Shown in pieces: positions 47,628 to 55,301 of a stretch of 64,000 nucleotides of DNA. The stretch is from a virus. Taxonomy: Duplodnaviria > Caudoviricetes. The notes under the pieces are model-generated. The model saw nothing but the letters and a program-made list of their open reading frames with translations, was not told the DNA's origin and made no database searches. The stretch's first letter is position 1. Each line of letters opens with the position of its first letter. The stretch is from positions 1 to 64,000 of the IMG/VR virus record IMGVR_UViG_3300035182_002389; one strand, 5' to 3'. A program made the translations under genes and the position numbers.

Positions 47628-48452
47628 TCAACCGAGAACGCCGTAGAGCGTCACGTTGCGCGGCAGGCTGATCGTCTGGGGGCTGCCGTTCTTGAACTCG
47701 ATCGTGAAGGGCATGCCGCCGCCGAGAACGATCGGCTTGAGGTCCAGGGGCACCGAAATGGAATAGAACCCGTCGGCGATGGGCGCCATGAGCCCGTTGA
47801 CGCGCGTCTGATACATCGCCGCGGCGTTCGCGTTCTGCGTCTGCGCGGGAACGTTGGCGCTCGAAGGCGGCCAGACGATGTTACGCCCTGCTCGGACGAC
47901 GTCAGGCATCGCTGCCGCACCGTTTGCGTCGAACTCCCACGAGATGCCCGTCGGTCTGAACTGTCGACCGCTCACGAAGGCCATGATCGCCTGCGATCCG
48001 CCGTTGCCGGGAATGCTGGGAGCGATGCCCGGGGGCAGGTTCCACGCGAACGGAATGCTCGCGTCGAACGGGCCGAGCTTGGCACGCTGCGCCGGGTTGA
48101 GCGTCGCCCGCGCGGGAGCGCGCAGCGCCGCCGCGTTGAACGCCAGGGGCGCCGCGGTGCGCACGGGGGACGTTCCCTGCTGGCGAAGCGCAGCCATCGC
48201 CGCGCCGTCGGCACCGCCGAGGTGCGCGAGGGCGGAGGCCGCGTGGACGTCGGGCGTCACGAGGCCGCCGAAGGGCTGCACGCCGGCGGTGTGGGCGGCG
48301 TACATCGAGGCCGCGTGGACGTCCGCGGTGAGCAGGCCCGAGAGGGGATGGTTCGCCGAGCGACGGAGCTGCTCGGTGTACGAGAGGCCGCGCGCGGCGG
48401 GCGCGCCGCCGGTCTGGGCGTGGTTCTGACCGCAAGAGGGGCAATAGGGCAT
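47628..48452 (-). CDS. CPxC-family virion-like paralog 4
   Basis: MPYCPSCGQNH; PFGGLVTPDVHAASALAHLGG repeat; beta-rich C-terminal domain. Confidence 0.7.
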   Translation of the reverse strand: MPYCPSCGQNHAQTGGAPAARGLSYTEQLRRSANHPLSGLLTADVHAASMYAAHTAGVQPFGGLVTPDVHAASALAHLGGADGAAMAALRQQGTSPVRTAAPLAFNAAALRAPARATLNPAQRAKLGPFDASIPFAWNLPPGIAPSIPGNGGSQAIMAFVSGRQFRPTGISWEFDANGAAAMPDVVRAGRNIVWPPSSANVPAQTQNANAAAMYQTRVNGLMAPIADGFYSISVPLDLKPIVLGGGMPFTIEFKNGSPQTISLPRNVTLYGVLG

Positions 48453-48522
48453 GGAGGATCTCCTTGCTGCCGAGGCTACCACTTTTGCTTCGACTCGTGC
48501 CAAAACAAGAAGACGCCCTCGC

Positions 48523-48537
48523 GGCTTTCGACAAGCC
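48523..48537. promoter_or_regulatory. GGCTT-N5-AAGCC operator candidate
   Basis: ggctt-tcgac-aagcc, intergenic. Confidence 0.55.
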
Positions 48538-48556
48538 GTGCGCCTCACACCTCGCG

Positions 48557-48640
48557 AGACGAAAAGGACGCGCCTTCGGCGCGAGCACGACCTTCGGTCG
48601 AGGACGCTCCTTCGGAGCGAGGACGCGCTTCGCGCGAGGC
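48557..48640. repeat. Family C array of four mini-hairpins
   Basis: gagacgaaaaggacgcgccttcggcgcgag cacgaccttcggtcgag gacgctccttcggagcgag gacgcgcttcgcgcgag. Confidence 0.9.
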
Positions 48641-48648
48641 GAGAAGTC

Positions 48649-49131
48649 TCAGAAGCGGTTGTACGTGAGCTTGCCCGAAGGGAACGCGAGGGGCGCGTCG
48701 GTCGGGTTGTAGAGGATGACCGAGAGCTGCTTGGTCACAGGCCAGCCTGCGAACGCGGGGTTCAGGGCGACGTCTTGGTTCGCGCGGGCGAGGTAGAGCT
48801 GGCCCGCGCTCGTCGGCACGGGTTCGAGCGTGAGCTTGCCGAACGACCTGTGAGCCTTCGCACGGTTGATGACGTCGCGGCCGACCTTGATCTCGGCGAT
48901 GTAGAGGTCGGGGCTCTCGAAGGTCACCGTGACGGGCTTGATGGGCGAGCCCGTGTAGTAGATCGCCTCCTTGAACCCGTGCGCGGGGACGATCCCCGCG
49001 CCGGGCAAGGGCATCGCGTACGCCCCACGGTGGAACATGCTCTCGATCATCGCGAACGCTTTTGACGAGCGCGGCACGATGCCGGCGCCCGTTTGGGCGT
49101 GCGCGGTTCCACAGTGGGGGCAACGCTTCAT
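48649..49131 (-). CDS. CPxC-family virion-like paralog 3
   Basis: MKRCPHCGTAH; IAEIKVGR; VILYN..F..G. Confidence 0.7.
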   Translation of the reverse strand: MKRCPHCGTAHAQTGAGIVPRSSKAFAMIESMFHRGAYAMPLPGAGIVPAHGFKEAIYYTGSPIKPVTVTFESPDLYIAEIKVGRDVINRAKAHRSFGKLTLEPVPTSAGQLYLARANQDVALNPAFAGWPVTKQLSVILYNPTDAPLAFPSGKLTYNRF

Positions 49132-49153
49132 GGTGCGGCCTTCTCTCGCGAGA

Positions 49154-50464
49154 TCAGGAGACCAAAGCCGAGAGCGTCACGTTCTGCGGGACGCTCGTGA
49201 GCGCGACCGGACCGGGCCCGCGGTTGACGAACTCGACCCAGAAGCCCGAGCCCGCCTGACCGGGCGCCGACTGACCGAGCTTGAACGCCTTGAGCGCGCT
49301 GAGCGAGACCGATCGGGTTGCGCGCTGCTTCGTCCCCTGCGACGCGGCCCGCGGACCCGCGCTGCCCGCCTGGTAGACGTAGCCGTTGTTCGCGTGGATG
49401 GCCGACAGCTCCCAGCCCGCCGAGGCCGCAGCGCTCTGCCACTGGAGCGTGTTCGGCTTGATGGTCTCGCCGTTCTCGGGCAGGTACACGCGGAAGTTCG
49501 CGCCGACGGGGTAGTTGGTCCCCGGCGGGAAATGCGGCACCGGCGGGTCCGGGAACGCGAGGGTCGCTTGATGCGGCGCGACCGTTGCGCGGGCAGGGAC
49601 TGCGACCTTGGCGGCCGTGTTGCCGATGCGCCGATACGCGACGGGCGCCGCGGTGCGCGCCGGAAGCGCGTTCGCCTGCTGCATGGCCTGGGGGACGCTC
49701 TGCATGCCGGCCGGGCCGCCGAGGTGCGCGAGGGCCGAGGCCGCCTTCACGGGGGGCGTGACCAGGCCGCCGAAGGGGTTTGGCGCGCCCATGTGCGCGA
49801 GCGAAGAGGCCGCGTGCACGCCGGGGGTCACGAGGCCGCCGAAGGGCAGCGCCGCGCCGGTGTGCACGGGGGTCCACGACGCCGGCAGGTGGAGCACCTC
49901 GCCGACCTTGAGGTCCATGAAGTTGCCGTCGATCTTGTTGGTCGCCTTCTGCGGGTTCGCAGCGGCCAGCGCCTTCCACATGTCCTTGCGGCCCGTGTGC
50001 TTGTGCGCGATGTGCGAGGGCGTGTCGCCAGCCCGCACGATGTAGACGTTGCCGCTCGCCTTCTGCTCGGCGGGCTGCACGGTGGCGGCCTGCGCGGCGG
50101 CCTTCTGCGCGGAGGCGATGAGGTTCTTCTTCGCCGTGGTCGCGCCGGTGTGCATGGGGACCGTGCCGTTCACCGACTGGCCGTAGCCGTGGCTCTGGGC
50201 GCTCGGGGCGACGGAGCGGGCGTTGAACTGCGACACGGGAACGGGCATCGCCGTGAGGTGCTGCGGGGCGCCTGCGTGCGCGGCCTGGTAGGACGGACGG
50301 CGCGCGTTCTCGATGGCCGCCTTCGCCGCCGCTTCCTGGAGGACGGCGGCTGCGTACACCTGCTGCGTCTGCGAGCGGTAGGGGCTCGCCTGGGGGAGCG
50401 CGGGCGCCCCGGTCGCGGCGTGGGGGAGAGGGTGGTTCGTACCGCAAAAGGGGCAGAAGGGCAT
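49154..50464 (-). CDS. CPxC-family virion-like paralog 2 with LysM domain
   Basis: MPFCPFCGTNH; YIVRAGDTPSHIAHKH..W.ALAAAN..L.VGEVLHLP. Confidence 0.78.
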   Translation of the reverse strand: MPFCPFCGTNHPLPHAATGAPALPQASPYRSQTQQVYAAAVLQEAAAKAAIENARRPSYQAAHAGAPQHLTAMPVPVSQFNARSVAPSAQSHGYGQSVNGTVPMHTGATTAKKNLIASAQKAAAQAATVQPAEQKASGNVYIVRAGDTPSHIAHKHTGRKDMWKALAAANPQKATNKIDGNFMDLKVGEVLHLPASWTPVHTGAALPFGGLVTPGVHAASSLAHMGAPNPFGGLVTPPVKAASALAHLGGPAGMQSVPQAMQQANALPARTAAPVAYRRIGNTAAKVAVPARATVAPHQATLAFPDPPVPHFPPGTNYPVGANFRVYLPENGETIKPNTLQWQSAAASAGWELSAIHANNGYVYQAGSAGPRAASQGTKQRATRSVSLSALKAFKLGQSAPGQAGSGFWVEFVNRGPGPVALTSVPQNVTLSALVS

Positions 50465-50540
50465 GGGAGAGCTTCCTTGGTGGATCGAGAACGAAGCGGC
50501 GGACCTCGCGCGCGAGTTCACGCGCGAGATCCGCGGAGGA

Positions 50541-51281
50541 TCAGGAGACGAAGCCGGTCGGCATGATCGCCGCGCCCGTCGCGTTGTGGAACACGATGTA
50601 GAGGTGGTTGCTGTTGATGGTCGCACCCATCGGCAGGTTCTTCGTCCACACCATACCGCCCGTGTCGAGCTGAATCCCTCGGCACACGCCATCGTTGGCG
50701 GCGGGAACGCCGATCGGGGTCGCCGAGCACGCGTCGTACGTGCCGGTGCGACCGGAGGCGTCGAGGGTCGGGAGCGCCTCGTTGCGGCCGACCTTGACCG
50801 AGGAGACCTGAAGACCAGGACTCGTGATCGTGACGCTGCGCAGAGCGATGTCGCTCGGCGTCTGATAGAGCGCGAACACGGTCGCGCCCGGGGCGATGGG
50901 CTTGTCGAGCGCGGGCAGTGCGATCGCGCTCGGCGGCGTCGGCGGCGTCGACGGCGTCGAGGAACCGCCGGAAGGCGCCGTGAGGTTTAGTCGGAAGCGG
51001 CGCGCGTTGAACAGGAAGGGCGCGCCGGTCGCGGCGCCGGCCATGAGACCGTTGACGGCGGCGCGCTCCTTCTGCTGCTGCGCCTGGATGACCGAGGCGG
51101 CCTTCTTCGCCTTGAGCTGCTGCTGCACGTGGAAGCTCGACGGGCGAGCCGTCAAGCCGTGCTGGGCCTGCTCGGCAATGGCCGCGGCGTAGATCCGCTG
51201 GACCTGCGAGCGGTAGGGGCTCGCCTGGGGGACGGCCCCGACGGCGGCGTGGTTCTGGCGGCAGTGGGGGCAAAGCGACAT
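50541..51281 (-). CDS. CPxC-family virion-like paralog 1
   Basis: MSLCPHCRQNH; PQASPYRSQ shared with paralog 2; VSSVKVGRNE. Confidence 0.7.
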   Translation of the reverse strand: MSLCPHCRQNHAAVGAVPQASPYRSQVQRIYAAAIAEQAQHGLTARPSSFHVQQQLKAKKAASVIQAQQQKERAAVNGLMAGAATGAPFLFNARRFRLNLTAPSGGSSTPSTPPTPPSAIALPALDKPIAPGATVFALYQTPSDIALRSVTITSPGLQVSSVKVGRNEALPTLDASGRTGTYDACSATPIGVPAANDGVCRGIQLDTGGMVWTKNLPMGATINSNHLYIVFHNATGAAIMPTGFVS

Positions 51282-51345
51282 GAGGACGGCTCCTGATCTC
51301 TCGGGTTCGTCTCGCATCGTACCACTGCCGTACGGGTCCGAGAAC

Positions 51346-51360
51346 AGCTTGTCGCAAGCC
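51346..51360. promoter_or_regulatory. GGCTT-N5-AAGCC operator candidate
   Basis: agctt-gtcgc-aagcc in the divergent intergenic region. Confidence 0.5.
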
Positions 51361-51438
51361 GTGAAACCCTGAACGCTTTGCCAGCGACTAGATACATTGA
51401 CAACTCATGTACGTTGTGCGATCCTCACGTCTGACTCC

Positions 51439-53148
51439 ATGAAGAAACCGAACGCGGGAAGCGAAAAGAACGCGCCGTTGGCGCGAGCACGCGCTTCGCG
51501 CGAGGACGCTCCTGCGGAGCGAGGACGCTCCTTTGGAGCGAGCGGCGAGAAGCAAAAGTACGTCGCGGGGCGCCCCGTGCGGGTCGGCGACAGGTTCGGC
51601 GAGCTGACCGTCACCGAGCAGATCGAAGCGCCCGACCACAAGACCTACCAAGGTCGGCACTGGCTCTGCACGTGCGACTGCGGCAACCCTGCGATTCGCA
51701 CGACCACGACGCTTCAGCAAGCGCTCGCAAAAGGGCACGTCTCTTCCTGCCGAGAGTGCTGGCTGGAGCTGCTCCGATCGCGCACGGCGGAGACGTTCGA
51801 CCAGGAACGAACCAAGACGCGCACCGCGCTCGCATCGCTGTGGGCGCAGCATCGAACGCTCTACAGCGTCGCCTACGACGCGCGCGAAGAAGAACGGATT
51901 CGAGACGCCATCGAAGAGGACGGGATCCCGATCCGGTCGGAGGAGTCGCTCTCCGAGCAGTACGCCGTCGAGCCCTCACTGCTGAACGTCGACGCTCCCT
52001 CGTCGGCGGAGACGACCACGGCCCCGGTGCAGCGCGCCGCGTACCTCTATCCCGTCGGAGGCGGCGAGCTTTGCTGGGCGTGCATCACGTGTGGCGAGAC
52101 CTTTTCGCGAGGGTTCGGGTGCACGCTCTGCATCGAGCCCGTCTGCATGGACTGCGTGAGGAGCGAGGCGCACGTCCACACCGAAGACGAAGACGGCCTG
52201 ATGCTGCATCAGATTGCGGCGGAGTTCGATCGGAGCCGCGAGCGCGTCCGGCAGATGGAGACGCAGGGTCTCACCAAGCTGCGTCACCTCCACATGGCTT
52301 CACTCGTCAGGACCCTCGGGGCGGACTACGTGAGCGTGCACGCGTTTCTTCGCGCCTTGCACCCCGAGCTTCTCGACGTCGGCGAGATGCTTGCTGTGCT
52401 CGACTGGCGCGAGCGCATGGCGCGCGAAGCGAAGGTCGCCGCGTACAGGGCCGCAGAGGAGGCGGCCGAGAGGGCCGCAGAAACGCGGAGGATCATCGAA
52501 GAGCGTCGCCAGGCCAAGCGTGAAGAAGAACAGCGTCGCCGGGCCGAGCTTGCTGCCCAACCCGAGGAAGTGAGGGCGCTTCGTATTCAGCGCAACCTCG
52601 CGCGTCGTGAGACGGAGACGACGCGGCTGGCGAACGATCTCGCAGCCTGGCACGCGAACCTCGAAGCGTTGCGTGCGAGCGAGCCCGAACGAGATCGGCG
52701 CGCGGCCGAGGCGAAGAGCGCGCTCGAACTCGAACGCATCGAGAACGAGAAGAGGCGCAGCGCCGAGGTGATGGAAGAGGCCCGTAAGACCCTCGCCACG
52801 ACCTCCGCCGTCTTCGTCCCGAGCAAGCTCAGGGTCGCCGCGCGCAAGCAAGACCTCCTCGCGATCCTCATGCTCCCCGTCGGCGAGTTCGATTTCAGCG
52901 AGGAGGTGCGAGGCGCACTCGTCGAGGCCGGCGCCGAGTACATCGGCGATCTTCTCTGCGAGCTGTCGTGCCCGCCTTCGCGATGGGTCGGACCTCTGCT
53001 CGGCGCGGAGGTGCTGTTCGCGTTGCGAGAGGTCGGCCTCAACTTCGGCGTCAACATCTACGCGCTCACGGGCAGGAAAGGCTCGGAGCTGCCGTTCGCG
53101 ACCCCGTTCGTCAAGCGGATGGGGAAGGTTTCAACCAAAAAACATTGA
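51439..53148 (+). CDS. multidomain transcription-factor-like protein (CxCxC zinc module, sigma70 region-4 HTH, coiled coil, RNAP alpha-CTD-like domain)
   Basis: GELTV..WLCTCDCGN; LHQIAAEFDRSRERVRQME..GL.KLRH; LPVGEFDFS..GALVEAG..IGDL. Confidence 0.7.
   Translation: MKKPNAGSEKNAPLARARASREDAPAERGRSFGASGEKQKYVAGRPVRVGDRFGELTVTEQIEAPDHKTYQGRHWLCTCDCGNPAIRTTTTLQQALAKGHVSSCRECWLELLRSRTAETFDQERTKTRTALASLWAQHRTLYSVAYDAREEERIRDAIEEDGIPIRSEESLSEQYAVEPSLLNVDAPSSAETTTAPVQRAAYLYPVGGGELCWACITCGETFSRGFGCTLCIEPVCMDCVRSEAHVHTEDEDGLMLHQIAAEFDRSRERVRQMETQGLTKLRHLHMASLVRTLGADYVSVHAFLRALHPELLDVGEMLAVLDWRERMAREAKVAAYRAAEEAAERAAETRRIIEERRQAKREEEQRRRAELAAQPEEVRALRIQRNLARRETETTRLANDLAAWHANLEALRASEPERDRRAAEAKSALELERIENEKRRSAEVMEEARKTLATTSAVFVPSKLRVAARKQDLLAILMLPVGEFDFSEEVRGALVEAGAEYIGDLLCELSCPPSRWVGPLLGAEVLFALREVGLNFGVNIYALTGRKGSELPFATPFVKRMGKVSTKKH
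51463..51545 (+). repeat. Family C array, in-frame in the N-terminus of the 51439 gene
   Basis: Four units incl. gacgctcctgcggagcgag; encodes KNAPLARARASREDAPAERGRSFGAS. Confidence 0.8.
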
Positions 53149-53173
53149 CATGTTTATGTAGTTGATCCAAACT
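53145..53173 (+). promoter_or_regulatory. sigma70 promoter overlapped by the ACATGTTTATG motif
   Basis: TTGACA-17-CAAACT; AACAT-TGAC-ATGTT inverted repeat. Confidence 0.55.
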
Positions 53174-53447
53174 GAGCGTTCCCTCGCGAGGGTCTGAAGG
53201 AGACGGTATGGGCGAGACGTGCAAGCTGAGGGCGTGGGGGTCGGGCGACAAGGAAGACTGCGGCTCGCCGGCGGGCTCGCACGGCTACTGCCAGAAGTGC
53301 TACCCGCTCGTGCGAGGTGGCATCCTCGCGCGCATTCGAGAGGCCGAGCGCGACCTCGAATCCGACAGGTTGGAGCTGCGCCAGCTCGAAGCGGCAGAGG
53401 CTCGCGACATCGCCAAGCGCTGCTTCGGCGGAGACATCTGAGGCAAG

Positions 53448-53523
53448 GCGAGACGAGATGGGGAACGGGAACGCTCGCTTCGCGAGCTGGCAACGGGAAC
53501 GGGAACGCTCGCTTCGCGAGCTG
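53448..53523 (+). repeat. Family A right-half fragment with internal duplication
   Basis: gggaacgggaacgctcgcttcgcgagctg twice. Confidence 0.85.
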
Positions 53524-53537
53524 TGGAGAAGGCCATC

Positions 53538-53927
53538 GTGGCGAGCAACCCCCGCAAATCGCAACACCTCTGCGTCCACAACCTGTGCAAGAACCTTCGC
53601 GAGCCCGGCAAGGCTCGCTGCTGGGTGCACCTCGGTTGGGCTGCGCGCCATTCTGCGACCTACCGGCAGCGGCGCGAGAGCCAGGGGCTCTGTCACCACT
53701 CGGCGTGCAAGAAGCGCCCGGTGAAAGACCGCCGCTTCTGCAAGCCCCACCTCAAGCTCCACGCCGAGAAGACCAACGAGTACCTGAAGCGCAAAGCGAA
53801 GGAGCGCGAGCGTCTGAACGCCGACATCTCGCGCGCGATGGCGCAGTCGAGCATCGCGCAAACGAAGGCGGCCAAGCCCGCGAAGAAGACCGTGAAGAAG
53901 ACCGCGAAGAAGAGGGCAAGCCGATGA
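53538..53927 (+). CDS. protein with repeated C-x-C-K-C-xx-H zinc knuckles and basic tail
   Basis: CVHNLC..RCWVH; CHHSAC..FCKPH. Confidence 0.65.
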   Translation: MASNPRKSQHLCVHNLCKNLREPGKARCWVHLGWAARHSATYRQRRESQGLCHHSACKKRPVKDRRFCKPHLKLHAEKTNEYLKRKAKERERLNADISRAMAQSSIAQTKAAKPAKKTVKKTAKKRASR

Positions 53928-54172
53928 CCGAGCACTCCGTGGACGTGTCGATGGGCAGTGGCGAGGTGGCGGCGCACGAGGACGGCTCGATCGAGCTTCG
54001 CGCCTCGTCGATCGAGACGGCCCTGCTCGTGCTCGCGAAGATGCTCTCCGACCAAGGCAAGGTCATGGTCCGGGTGAAGGGCGACGGCTCGATGGGGATC
54101 GTCGCGACGCTCTCGATCCACGAAGCGCCCAAGCCGTCGTGAGAGGAAGAGGAAGAGGAAGAGGAAGCGACG

Positions 54173-55180
54173 ATGCGCCTTGGATGGATCACCGACCCCC
54201 ACATGAACTTCGTGAGCACGCTCGACTGGTGGCGCGAGCTGCTCAAAGAGGGCGACGACGCCTACCTCATCACGGGCGACATCGCGGAGGCCTCGTCCAT
54301 CATCCCGTCGCTCCAGGCGCTCGCGGCGGAACTGCCCGCCGGCAAGGTCATCTACTTCGTGCTCGGCAACCACGATTTTTACGGCTCCTCGATGCCGGGC
54401 CGTCCGAGGGCGACCATCGCGGACACGCGCGCGAGGGTCGCACACTTCGCGAAGTACGAGCCGAAGCTCGTCTACCTGCACGACCTCGATCCCTTTGCCA
54501 GCGCGCCGAAGGCGCGCGTTCCCGTTCCCGTTCCCGAATCCCGCGCCGAAGGCGCGTCTCGTCTCCCTGCGCTGGGACGAGACGAAATCGGGAAGGGGGA
54601 ACGCTCGCTGCGCGAGCTGGAAACGGGAACGGGAACGGGAAACGGGTACGTCGAGATCGCTCCGAACACCGCGCTGGTCGGCGTCGACGGCTGGTACGAC
54701 ACGCTCAACGGCGACGTGAAGAGGAGTCGCTGCGGACTCGCGGACTTCCACCTCATCCCGGACATGAACTGCCCGGCGAAGGAGAGGAACGCCCTCTGCC
54801 AGACCCTCACGATGATGGACGCCGTGCGGCTCCAGAAGATGATCGAGAACGCGCTCGGCGACAAGCGCGTCGTCGAGCTGGTCGTCGCGACGCACGTGCC
54901 GCCGTTTTCGGGCGCGGCGTGGCATCTCGGCGAAGTGAGCGACTCCGAGCACCTGCCCTACTTCTCGAACCGCCTCGTCGGCAAAGCCATCGTCGAGTCG
55001 ACCGAAGACTTTCGACAAGCCGGCGGCAAGGTGACGGTGCTGTGCGGCCACTCGCACTCGGAGGGGAAAATCTATCCCCACCACAACCTCAAGGTGCTCA
55101 CCGGCGCGGCCGAATACTACGCGCCGAAGAAGCACATGACGCTCGCGCTCGGCGAGCTTGTCCGTTCGGAGAACTGGTGA
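54173..55180 (+). CDS. calcineurin-like metallophosphoesterase with in-frame repeat insertion
   Basis: TDPH, TGDI, LGNHD, THVPP, CGHSH motifs. Confidence 0.88.
   Translation: MRLGWITDPHMNFVSTLDWWRELLKEGDDAYLITGDIAEASSIIPSLQALAAELPAGKVIYFVLGNHDFYGSSMPGRPRATIADTRARVAHFAKYEPKLVYLHDLDPFASAPKARVPVPVPESRAEGASRLPALGRDEIGKGERSLRELETGTGTGNGYVEIAPNTALVGVDGWYDTLNGDVKRSRCGLADFHLIPDMNCPAKERNALCQTLTMMDAVRLQKMIENALGDKRVVELVVATHVPPFSGAAWHLGEVSDSEHLPYFSNRLVGKAIVESTEDFRQAGGKVTVLCGHSHSEGKIYPHHNLKVLTGAAEYYAPKKHMTLALGELVRSENW
54497..54646 (+). repeat. Family A element, 150 nt, in-frame (50 codons)
   Basis: Encodes ASAPKARVPVPVPES...RELETGTGTGNG between YLHDLDPF and YVEIAPN. Confidence 0.92.
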
Positions 55181-55289
55181 CCTTCCCGGCGGGCGACCGA
55201 AGGTCGCGAGCCGCCCGATCCCGCACCGAAGGTGCGCCCGGTCCCGGTCCCGTTTTCCCCGGTTCCCGGTCCCCGCTTTCCCGTTTCTG
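55181..55289 (+). repeat. Family A variant, intergenic
   Basis: gcgaccgaaggtcgc and gcaccgaaggtgc hairpins, ccggtcccggtccc units; similar to 36381. Confidence 0.8.
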
Positions 55290-55301
55290 TAGGAGGACTC
55301 G

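Noticed and set aside
48557-48640. Family C arrays as a CRISPR array
   Set aside because: Units are adjacent 15-19 nt hairpins with no unique spacers, and no cas genes are visible.
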